From Candidatus Jordarchaeales archaeon (GTDB taxonomy: Archaea; Asgardarchaeota; Jordiarchaeia; Jordiarchaeales; Freyrarchaeaceae), in NCBI GenBank assembly GCA_038889235.1, contig JAWAHN010000001.1:494499-526498 (forward strand): a DNA stretch of 32,000 bases, in the 5' to 3' direction. The notes beneath the pieces were generated by a model. That model saw only the letters and a list, made by a program, of their open reading frames with translations, made no database searches and was not told the origin of the DNA. Position numbers and translations under genes: made by a program. This document shows, one piece after another, positions 8,578-16,862 of the stretch (position 1 is the stretch's first letter; each line of letters begins with the position of its first letter).

Positions 8578-9603
8578 TTAACCTTCACTGCGCTCGCCTT
8601 TCTTTTTTATGGCTTCTACCGCTTTGTTTACCGCCTCTTTAACTCCCAACCCCTCTACCGCTACTGCTTCAATGGCATCCTTGAACATGCTCTTAGCCGC
8701 TGCCAGCTCCTCTTGTTTTGCAAGGTCCACTTTGTTTATAACTGTGATTATTGGTGTGTCTGGGGGCATAAGCTCTCTCACCTCTCTCAGGAGTGAAGCT
8801 TGCTCCTTCAAGGAGTAGCCGCATGAAGGTGTTGGGTCGACGACGAAGATTACTGCTTGAGCCAGCCACTTTATGGCCGCTATCGCCTGCTTTTCTATAG
8901 GGTTCCTTTCGCTCATAGGTCTGTCCAGTATCCCCGGCGTGTCCATTATTTGGAAAAGTTTATCTCCAACTTTGAAGTGGCCTAGTATCACAGTCTTTGT
9001 CGTGAACGGGTACTCCGCTATTTCCGGCTTAGCGCTCGAAGCCGCTCTAACTATGCTGCTCTTACCCGTATTCGGGCAGCCTGCGACCACTATGGTAGGT
9101 ATTTCCGGGTTTATCGAGGGCATTTTAGCCAGTTTTTTGCGCGCATCCTCTAGGAAGAGAAGTCTATCATCGAGCTTCTTTATCATCGAAGTCATCCTAC
9201 CGTAGGCTTCAATCCTAGCTCTAGCGGCATCTTCGGGAGACTGGGCGCTCCTTATCCTGCTTACCGCTTCAGACGCTATTCGGGCAATAACCTTCGCGGC
9301 GCCTTCTAGCGAGGCCAAGTATTTTTTCAGCGTCTGAGTTCCGATAAGGACCTCGCACATCTCACGGTAGAAGGGGTGGAGCTTGTCTATACTTGGGAAA
9401 CTTTTAACAACTTTCATTAACCTGTTCTCGAGAATTTTCGACGCGGTCCTCACTCTAGCCTCTTCCCTCTTCTTTGCCTTCTCTAAAGGGGTGTCGCGGG
9501 AAGATATGCTAACACTGGCTTTTGAAGCTCTATGGAAAGCTATGTCGAGCAACTCCTTAGCGCTGTGAACTTTCTTTATCGTTGCGAAAGGTTGTAGCAG
9601 CAT
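8578..9603 (-). CDS. NOG1-family GTP-binding protein
   Basis: N-terminal helical domain (LHPFY, AYGRM), G1 GCPNTGKSS, YPFTTK, DTPGILDRP and NKVD. Confidence 0.94.
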   Translation of the reverse strand: MLLQPFATIKKVHSAKELLDIAFHRASKASVSISSRDTPLEKAKKREEARVRTASKILENRLMKVVKSFPSIDKLHPFYREMCEVLIGTQTLKKYLASLEGAAKVIARIASEAVSRIRSAQSPEDAARARIEAYGRMTSMIKKLDDRLLFLEDARKKLAKMPSINPEIPTIVVAGCPNTGKSSIVRAASSAKPEIAEYPFTTKTVILGHFKVGDKLFQIMDTPGILDRPMSERNPIEKQAIAAIKWLAQAVIFVVDPTPSCGYSLKEQASLLREVRELMPPDTPIITVINKVDLAKQEELAAAKSMFKDAIEAVAVEGLGVKEAVNKAVEAIKKKGERSEG

Positions 9604-9650
9604 GGATTCGAACGCTCCTCACTTGTTTCACGATAAAGATTTAAGCGTAT

Positions 9651-9666
9651 AAAAAAGGTTTTTATC
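9651..9666 (+). promoter_or_regulatory. Putative BRE-TATA promoter of the proteasome beta gene
   Basis: AAAAAAGG followed by TTTTTATC about 40 nt before the ATG at 9705. Confidence 0.5.
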
Positions 9667-9704
9667 TAACTCTAGTTTATCCTCCACTCTAGGAGGGAAC
9701 ATTA

Positions 9705-10304
9705 ATGGCTGGATATCCCGACTCAGCTACGTCGGTAGGGATAACTTGTAGCGACGGAGTTGTGCTTGCATCGGAAAAAAGGATAACCTGGGGGGACATT
9801 GTTCTAAGCCGTAAAGGTAGAAAGGTTTTCAAGATAACTGATAGGATTGGGGTTGCATGCGCCGGGCTAGTATCAGACATGCAAGTCTTAGCAAGGCGTC
9901 TAGAGGCGATATCTAACATCTACTTCATGGAGGAGAAGAAGCCTATACCCGTAAGAACAGCCGCAAAAATCCTGGCGAACATACTGTTTGACGCCAGGCT
10001 GTACCCCCTCCTCACGCAGATCATAATAGGTGGCATAGACAAGGAGGGGCCAGTGATCTATGTTTTAGATCCTCTCGGGTCTATTTTGAAGGAGAAGTAT
10101 GCAGCCGTTGGCTCAGGCTCATACATAGCATTCGGGACGCTTGAAAGATTTTACAGGGACGGTTTATCTGTTAACGAGGGAAGGGAGATAGCTATAAGGT
10201 CGATAAGGGCTGCTGCGAGGCGCGACGTCGGCTCGGGAGAAGGCATAGACATAATTATAATCACTAATGATGGTGCTAAAATTGAGTCTATAGAAAAACT
10301 GTAG
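9705..10304 (+). CDS. psmB: 20S proteasome beta subunit, predicted non-catalytic
   Basis: SATSVGITCSDGVVLASEKR, AGLVSDMQ, LDPLGS, AAVGSGS and RDVGSG motifs; Ala at the catalytic Thr1 position. Confidence 0.93.
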   Translation: MAGYPDSATSVGITCSDGVVLASEKRITWGDIVLSRKGRKVFKITDRIGVACAGLVSDMQVLARRLEAISNIYFMEEKKPIPVRTAAKILANILFDARLYPLLTQIIIGGIDKEGPVIYVLDPLGSILKEKYAAVGSGSYIAFGTLERFYRDGLSVNEGREIAIRSIRAAARRDVGSGEGIDIIIITNDGAKIESIEKL

Positions 10305-10377
10305 TAAGTTATGCATAAACAATCTCTTTAATTATATGAAATTTATGTTTTCATCTTCAACTTGGAGGGTTTTACTT

Positions 10378-11331
10378 TTGGTTAAGAAGTCTTTGGAGGG
10401 ACTTGCTGAGACTGCTGAGAGGGCACTTGTTCTAGGTATAGGTGGGGGAGGGGATATTCTGGGGGCATTTCCAACTGGCAGGTACCTTGAGAAGCTCGGT
10501 GTTGAGGTTATTTTTGGAGGTGTTGTGTGGGAGCGAATAGTTTACGACCCTAAGCCGGGTCCTAGGAGTCTCGATGAAATAATTGGCGTTGAGAGAATTT
10601 CTGAGACCACCGGGCTTGCTGATTGGGACACGCGAACCAGTTATGGTGTTGTCTTCCAGTGTAGTAACATGGCGAGGTTTCTTGGTAGGAAGACGCTTAT
10701 GGTTGACATTACTAAGGGTGTTAGAGGTGTTGTTAGAGGTCTCAAAGAGACCGTAAGGCGCCTAGACGTAGACTTCATCGTCGGTGTTGATGTTGGAGGT
10801 GATGTTCTAGCTCAAGGAGGGGAGAGGGGGCTGAAGAGCCCACTTGCAGACGCTATGATGCTTGCATCGTTACACCAGGTCGACGTGCCAACAGTCACGG
10901 CGGTTTTCGCCCCTTCATGTGATGGGGAGCTAACCACTGAGGAGATTTTGGAACGCATAAGTAGGATAGCCGAAAAGGGGGGCTACTTAGGGGCTAGGGG
11001 TCTCGCTCCCGAGGATTTTGAAGCTATGAGCGAAGCTTTGAAATACGTTAAAACCGAGGCGAGCATGCTACCTTTACTTGCATGGAGAGGGATGAGAGGG
11101 ATTATAGAGATAAGGGGAGGGGAGAGGAAAGTAAACCTTTCTATTCTCTCGACACTAACATTCTATTTCGACACTGACGTAGTTTATTCGCTTAGCTCTC
11201 TTGCGAAAAAGGTGTCAGATACAGAAAGTATTGAGGAGGCAAACAACAGGTTGCATGAGATGAACATAACGACAGAGTACGATTATGAGTTACAGTACGT
11301 TAGCAAGCGTGGAATGACGGGTGGAACTTAA
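10378..11331 (+). CDS. DUF1152 family protein
   Basis: GIGGGGD, GVDVGGDVL, SPLADA and CDGEL motifs; TTG at 10378 follows GGAGGG (ORF track start 10336). Confidence 0.85.
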   Translation: MVKKSLEGLAETAERALVLGIGGGGDILGAFPTGRYLEKLGVEVIFGGVVWERIVYDPKPGPRSLDEIIGVERISETTGLADWDTRTSYGVVFQCSNMARFLGRKTLMVDITKGVRGVVRGLKETVRRLDVDFIVGVDVGGDVLAQGGERGLKSPLADAMMLASLHQVDVPTVTAVFAPSCDGELTTEEILERISRIAEKGGYLGARGLAPEDFEAMSEALKYVKTEASMLPLLAWRGMRGIIEIRGGERKVNLSILSTLTFYFDTDVVYSLSSLAKKVSDTESIEEANNRLHEMNITTEYDYELQYVSKRGMTGGT

Positions 11332-11408
11332 ACGTAAACTATAACCGTGAAAGCTGGCATGATGAAATTAGTGGATAAAAAACGTATCGTTTGATTGGAG
11401 GGGTATTA

Positions 11409-11987
11409 TTGCCCGGTTGGGAGAAGCGGTTCCAAGATTATGGTGTTGATCTTGAGAAGCTCTTGAACAGCTTTGCGGCGGAATTGGAGAAGGAAGGTTT
11501 TAAAGTCAAGCTTAACAGGAAAAGGATGTCTCTCGAGGCCACATATGAAAGTGATGTCGATAAGAGCTGGGGGCAGATAGTGCTCTCCGGGGAGCCTAAT
11601 AACTTCGTTCTTAGAATCGACTGGGATGCTGATTTGCGAAAGCTTTTCTGGGTTAAGCTGGCATTAAGATCACTGGTTCTTGTAAAGAAGATGAGCGCCG
11701 CCCGTTTAACGTCCGAGAAAATTTCTTGGTCTCCGTCTGAGGAGGTGACTGGTGAGGTAGCTGTTGATGTACCTCCCGAGCTGGCTGAGCTGAAAAGGAG
11801 AGTCGAAGTAGAACTTGATGGTAGAAGGAGCGCTTACCTTGCACAGGCAGATATGCTGGAAAAAGAGGGGAAGTTTGGGGAGGCGGCGAAATTTTACCTA
11901 AAAGCGGCTATCATATCTCAAGAGCTGGGAGAGAAAACATATGCAATCGAGTTCGAGAAAAAGGCCGAGAACCTTAGACGCAAGTAA
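11409..11987 (+). CDS. Hypothetical protein (alpha/beta N-terminal domain, C-terminal TPR/MIT-like helical hairpin)
   Basis: Long ORF; TTG at 11409 after GGAGGGG; C-terminal AYLAQADMLEKEGKFGEAAKFYLKAA pattern. Confidence 0.75.
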   Translation: MPGWEKRFQDYGVDLEKLLNSFAAELEKEGFKVKLNRKRMSLEATYESDVDKSWGQIVLSGEPNNFVLRIDWDADLRKLFWVKLALRSLVLVKKMSAARLTSEKISWSPSEEVTGEVAVDVPPELAELKRRVEVELDGRRSAYLAQADMLEKEGKFGEAAKFYLKAAIISQELGEKTYAIEFEKKAENLRRK

Positions 11988-12024
11988 TCGTTAAACTCTG
12001 AGAGGCGCGGTTTGGACGTTTAAA

Positions 12025-12177
12025 TTAACTTCTTACGGGAGTGTTTCTGCGGCTCTTCTTCGTGCTTTGGATACGAACCCCCTCATTTTTGAATGAAGAC
12101 TCGCCGCTTTCACCATGGAGTTTTATCCATTCGTCGAGAAGCTTAAGAACGTGCATTTCGACGGGCGTGCGACGCAT
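12025..12177 (-). CDS. Possible small leaderless protein (50 aa)
   Basis: ATG at 12177 lies 22 nt downstream of TTTTATAAA (12208-12200); fills an otherwise empty gap; no recognisable motif. Confidence 0.3.
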   Translation of the reverse strand: MRRTPVEMHVLKLLDEWIKLHGESGESSFKNEGVRIQSTKKSRRNTPVRS

Positions 12178-12230
12178 AGCGTTACTTTTAGATTGTACAT
12201 TTATAAAACTTTGAGAGCATACTTTGTAGG

Positions 12231-12818
12231 TCACTCCATGGCTTTAACAAAGAGCTCTACTTTCTTCCTGAAACGGTAGAAAGAGAGGAAGAGGAAGACT
12301 GGTGTAGATATCAGGGAAGAGATCACTGGGATGATGAACACCGGACTATTGAATATCGAGTAATTTGAGTTTAGGCTTCCCCATAGCAGGCAGATTAAAG
12401 TGACGTATCCAGCGTATAGAAGAGACGCAACACCGTAAACCGTGTACTTCCAGTCCTCCCATAGCTCTCCCTTAGTGAGGGATGCAAGGTTCCATGTTTG
12501 AATAAAAGTTAACGTGAACAGTAGCAGTCCGGTCAGCAGTAGTATGGTTACTGCTGGTTCGAGAATCGGATGAAGCTTGAAAAACTCCCTGAGAGACATT
12601 ATGTCCGTTACGGGGCGGAAAAAGACGGTAAGGTTATTTAATTGCACTTCAATTACTGCGGGTTTTTCAATCGAAACTTCGAACCTTATTGTGGGTGTAG
12701 TGAAAACCCCCACGACAGGAGTAACGATTATTAGAAGTAGGAGTGTTTTTGCCAAAAAGCCACCAGGCTTCAAAGTAACATTTCTTTTTCCTCCAGCCTT
12801 GTCACTTGGAAAACTCAA
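12231..12818 (-). CDS. Hypothetical four-pass membrane protein
   Basis: Four hydrophobic segments; beta-rich first loop; basic C-terminal tail (YRFRKK); starts 24 nt after the upstream gene. Confidence 0.75.
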   Translation of the reverse strand: MSFPSDKAGGKRNVTLKPGGFLAKTLLLLIIVTPVVGVFTTPTIRFEVSIEKPAVIEVQLNNLTVFFRPVTDIMSLREFFKLHPILEPAVTILLLTGLLLFTLTFIQTWNLASLTKGELWEDWKYTVYGVASLLYAGYVTLICLLWGSLNSNYSIFNSPVFIIPVISSLISTPVFLFLSFYRFRKKVELFVKAME

Positions 12819-12842
12819 CTCTTACTTCCACCCCTCAGCCCA

Positions 12843-13670
12843 TCAGCTTTCTTGTCTAACCCAAGTGACATCCTCTCCTAGTATACTCAGGAGGTATCGC
12901 AGATTATCATAGTTTATCCCTAAGGCGTCAGCAATTTCTTTCACACTTCTCGTGCCATCGCATAGCGCTTTTAAGTTTCTGTAAAACCGGACATATTCAT
13001 CGCGTATGCCGAAGAAGAGGAGTTTTCCAGTGTTTATTTTTCGAATAACCGGGCAAAGCTCCACACGCCCTACCACGCCGTGCTCGAGAAGCATCTTAAT
13101 AATGGAGATGCATTTCTCGAGGGGGACACCGGTTTGCTTGCTTATTACCGTAACGGGTTTTTTTCCGTCAATGGCATTTGCCACCTTAAGCAGATCAGCG
13201 TCATCTCCCAGTTCACCTAGCGCCAGCCCGTCGGCATTTTTAAGATAGAAAACTTCCCAAGCTTGGACATCGAACTCGTCTATAACGGGTGTTTGACTTT
13301 CACTTAGTTCAGACATGGCATCGTATTTTATGTGCTTTACGACTCTCCTAGCGAGCCTTAGAATTAGAGGTGTCCGCGTTATTAATGGTGCAATAGAACT
13401 ATTCGTTTGAGCAGCTAAAACCATGGAGTCTGATACCCTCCAAAGTATCACGGGAGCGGTATTGCTAGGAATAACGTAGCTGCCGACGGGAAGTGATAAG
13501 GAATGTTCTTTAACAAAGTTCGACACAGACTTTAAAACGGAACGGCTGAAGAACTTGTCAGCATATACTATGCGTCCTTTAATGTCGATAAGACACAATT
13601 CTACCATTGTTACGGAGTTCTGAAGTGCCTTCATAAGCTTTGACTTAAACCGCTTAAGAGAGTTAAACAA
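12843..13670 (-). CDS. Longin/roadblock-like + tandem winged-helix protein, NPRL2 (GATOR1)-like
   Basis: N-terminal alpha-beta-beta-alpha-beta-beta-beta-alpha pattern; two wHTH units ([22 protein letters not shown]..., [19 protein letters not shown]...). TTG at 13670 follows GGAGG (ORF track start 13736). Confidence 0.65.
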   Translation of the reverse strand: [275 protein letters not shown]

Positions 13671-13847
13671 CTTGTTACTACCTTCCTCCCTCCCCCCATT
13701 ATACGTACAATTAGCTGCGTTCGCCATAGAGATCAAACTCCGTCAAAGTTTTTTGATCGACCGGCTACGACGAGCGACTACACTGTTGCACTAGCGCGTT
13801 GTTTATATTTTTGGATATGGAGCGCTTAAAAATTTTCTCTTGAGTTT

Positions 13848-14243
13848 TTAAACAGACATAGACTTACTCTTTAAAGAGAGAATTTTTTCTAAGAATTTGC
13901 GGCTTATAACGCCGACCACACGCCCATCGTGGCAGACCACGAGGCGTGAAGCATTAGTTTTAAGAAAAACTCTCTTGACTTCTTCCAACGAGTCTTCTTT
14001 ATCCACCATGTAAACGGGCGAGGACATTATTTCTTCAGCTATGGTTTCAGCAGGGTTGCCTCCATCAGCTACGAACTGAAATATCTGCTTATCTGTTATG
14101 ATCCCGACAACGTTGCCTTCTTCGTCTTGTACGAGAACCGAGCCCACTTCTTCTTCAACCATTTTCTTTGCAACTTCACATAGCGAGTCGTCTGTTTTAC
14201 AGAAGACAACATTACGCCTCGCTATATCGTAAGCCCTAGACAC
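13848..14243 (-). CDS. CBS domain-containing protein (single CBS pair)
   Basis: MVEEEVGSVLV..GNVVGIITDKQI and IMSSPV...SRLVV..GRVVGVIS repeats; GTG at 14243 after GGGGGG (ORF track start 14387). Confidence 0.9.
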   Translation of the reverse strand: MSRAYDIARRNVVFCKTDDSLCEVAKKMVEEEVGSVLVQDEEGNVVGIITDKQIFQFVADGGNPAETIAEEIMSSPVYMVDKEDSLEEVKRVFLKTNASRLVVCHDGRVVGVISRKFLEKILSLKSKSMSV

Positions 14244-14363
14244 TTGGTGGCCCCCCACTGTCTGGGAATTATTGCCGTTTAACCCATTAAGACGATGCTT
14301 AATAAATGTTTTATGTTGCCCGTGAACGTTACATGTTTGGAAAGTATGTTTCGAGGTGGGCCC

Positions 14364-15122
14364 TTGATCGCTGATGCTCACTGCCACATGGACCTCTATG
14401 AGGATATCAATAGTGTAGTTGAAAGGGCGAGAGGGGTGGGAGTGAGTAAGATAGTCTCAGTCGCTATCGATTTAGGATCTATGCAAAAGATTCTCGAGAT
14501 AGCCGACACCTTTAGGCCTATAGTTGAGCCTGCACTCGGATTACACCCGATCGCCGTGAATGCAAGTTCAAGGATGAGCGAAGTTTTAGAGGAAAGTCTA
14601 GCCATAATGGAGGAAAACGCTGACAGAATGGTTGCCGTTGGGGAGATTGGACTTGACAGGTACGAATCATGTGAAAGAGAAGTGCGATTAATGCAAGAGA
14701 AAGTCTTTAGAACTATGCTCGACTTCGCAGCCGAGAAAAAACTGCCGGTAATCATTCACTCTTATAAGGCTGAGAGGAGGGTTTTCGATGTACTCGAAGA
14801 ATACGAAGGACTGGTGGTTATCATACACTGGTTTACTGGGCCAGCCGAGCTGCTCGAAAAAGGGATAGAGAGAAACTACTATTTCTCTGTGACGCCCGCA
14901 ATAAAGTACTCTGGCAAGGTTAGAAGGGTAGCACGACGCGTTCCGTTAGACAACCTGTTATGCGAATCTGACGGACCGGTGGAATACAAGGGACTTGTCG
15001 GCGAGCCAGCAGACTGTAGAATGGTGGTTGAGGAAGTGGCCAAGGTAAGAGGGTTAAATTTTGGCGAGGTTGCAGTAGAGCTTCTTAGAAACTTTAAAGC
15101 GGTGTTCAAGAGGGCAAAGTGA
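14364..15122 (+). CDS. tatD: TatD-family metal-dependent nuclease
   Basis: DAHCH, VGEIGLD, VIIH, IHWF and CESDGP motifs; TTG at 14364 after GAGGTGG. Confidence 0.93.
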   Translation: MIADAHCHMDLYEDINSVVERARGVGVSKIVSVAIDLGSMQKILEIADTFRPIVEPALGLHPIAVNASSRMSEVLEESLAIMEENADRMVAVGEIGLDRYESCEREVRLMQEKVFRTMLDFAAEKKLPVIIHSYKAERRVFDVLEEYEGLVVIIHWFTGPAELLEKGIERNYYFSVTPAIKYSGKVRRVARRVPLDNLLCESDGPVEYKGLVGEPADCRMVVEEVAKVRGLNFGEVAVELLRNFKAVFKRAK

Positions 15123-15255
15123 CCTTGAATTACGTGAAAAACCTATTATTTTGTACAAACAAGTATATATGATTACGGGATAAAAATATGACTTTAACAG
15201 ATACTAGTATCTTTGCGGGAGCCTTTAGTTTTTAGAACATTCTACATGTGTCCGG

Positions 15256-16800
15256 GTGGCAATGCCTATGCTTCCCAGCGAGCTTCTAGTTGTTAAAGTC
15301 CAAGGGAACAGGATTCTTCCCCGTTTCGCTAGGCTTAGCAGGGAGAACATAGAGCTAGCGTCGGAAATCATAGACATTTTTAGGAGTAGTGTTGGAAAGA
15401 AGAGGGAAGAGATAGTTGACATCATCGAGGAGTTTGAGCAAGGCGTAAACTATCGTTTTATTAGGGGCTTAAGGGTGCTGCTTGAGAGGAGGAGCACGTT
15501 CGAAGTCAAAAGCAGGCTTAACCCTGCAGACGTGCGGAAGGCGGTCTTCGAGGAGGCTAGCAAATTAGGTGGGCTCGTAACGAGCACGGAGGAGAGGAAG
15601 AGGATCCTTGAAAGGGTTGCCTCAAAGTTTTCGGCTAGCATTGAGGAAGTAGAGGAGGCACTTTGGGCAGACCAGGAGGGGGAGCACGTTCTAACTGATT
15701 TTAAAGAAGTAGAGCCTGAAGAGCTCCTCAGAATTTACAACTTGTCACTGGCTCAGACATTACTTTTTAATGCGACAAGTATGAGCGTCTACATTGAGGG
15801 GCAGTTCAGAAATGTGCTCAGAGAGGTTAAGTATAGGGGATTGATGTACTTTGCTGAGAAGGCGGGGAGGGGGGTTATGTTGACCATCGACGGGGCTGCA
15901 TCTCTTCTGAAACTAACTGAGAAGTATGGGACGTCTATGGCCAAACTTTTGCCGTCAATAGTTTCCTTGGACAGGTGGGGTTTAAGGGCTAACGTGGTGA
16001 GAAGGGATGTTGACGGAAAGCCTAGGGTTTACGAGTTCCTGTTAAGCCATAAAGATAAGCACCTCTTTAGTGTTAGAGAGGAAGGTGAGGCAGAGAAATT
16101 TGATAGTAGTGTCGAGGAGGAGTTCTACATCTCCTTCCAGTCACTTGGAACAGACTGGAAGATAAGGAGGGAGCCTGAGGCGCTCATTGCAGGTTCCTCG
16201 ATTTTCCTCCCAGATTTTTCGCTAGAAAAGGGAGACGTGAAAGTATACGTGGAAATAGTTGGCTTCTGGACTGAGAATTATGTTAAAAGGAAGCTTGAGA
16301 AGCTCAAGGAGTTAAAGGAGAAAATTATTTTGCTTGTTAACGAGGAGCTAGCGTGTTCATCATTTGAAAAACATCCAAACGTGATATATTACAGGAAGAA
16401 GGTACCGTTGAAAGAGCTCTTGAAAGTGCTTGAAAAACAGGGTGCTGAGGCAACCGTCAAAAAGCTTGAGCCTATAGAAATTGGAATATACAAGCCGAGA
16501 GCAGATGTAGTGTACTTGAGCGATGTTGCAAGCGAATTGGGAGTGAATGTAACAGTGTTGAAGGAAAGACTTAGAATTAATGGTTACTGTCTGCTTGGTG
16601 ACATGCTGGTAAGCGAGGCGCTCCTAAAAAGAGTTGAAGCTGAGCTCGGTAAAGCGGAGGGGGCGACTAGAAGCGATGTGGAAGAAATCCTCAGAAGGTA
16701 TGGCATAAGCGACTTTGACCCGGTGCTAGAATTCCTGGGATTCAAGACCGTGTGGCATGGAGTGGATCCTCGAAAGGCCAAAGTAGTAAGGGGAAAGTAG
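15256..16800 (+). CDS. bax1: DUF790 / Bax1 endonuclease (XPB partner) with C-terminal winged-helix extension
   Basis: MLPSELL start (ATG 15268 possible), YNLSLAQTLLF, DGAASL..TEKYG..AKLLP, FDSSVEEEF, REPE and PDF...YVEIVGFWT motifs. Confidence 0.9.
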   Translation: MAMPMLPSELLVVKVQGNRILPRFARLSRENIELASEIIDIFRSSVGKKREEIVDIIEEFEQGVNYRFIRGLRVLLERRSTFEVKSRLNPADVRKAVFEEASKLGGLVTSTEERKRILERVASKFSASIEEVEEALWADQEGEHVLTDFKEVEPEELLRIYNLSLAQTLLFNATSMSVYIEGQFRNVLREVKYRGLMYFAEKAGRGVMLTIDGAASLLKLTEKYGTSMAKLLPSIVSLDRWGLRANVVRRDVDGKPRVYEFLLSHKDKHLFSVREEGEAEKFDSSVEEEFYISFQSLGTDWKIRREPEALIAGSSIFLPDFSLEKGDVKVYVEIVGFWTENYVKRKLEKLKELKEKIILLVNEELACSSFEKHPNVIYYRKKVPLKELLKVLEKQGAEATVKKLEPIEIGIYKPRADVVYLSDVASELGVNVTVLKERLRINGYCLLGDMLVSEALLKRVEAELGKAEGATRSDVEEILRRYGISDFDPVLEFLGFKTVWHGVDPRKAKVVRGK

Positions 16801-16862
16801 TGTTGCGCTTTTCAGCGAAACTTTTCCTGAGCTGAGCTCCCGCTGGAAATGTCGGGCAGAGG

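Noticed and set aside
9604-9620. GTTCGAATCC T-loop-like sequence on the minus strand (tRNA?)
   Set aside because: It lies between the SD (GAGGAG) and ATG of the NOG1 gene, and no acceptor, D or anticodon stems can be formed.
9666-9697. CCTCC/GGAGG stem over the psmB SD, and CTAAC-N4-GTT resembling an HSR1 site
   Set aside because: The predicted start site (about 9688) would exclude the left arm from the mRNA, and the spacer is 4 nt rather than 5.
11359-11395. ATGATGA C-box-like motif (C/D sRNA?)
   Set aside because: No properly spaced CTGA D or D' box before the next gene.
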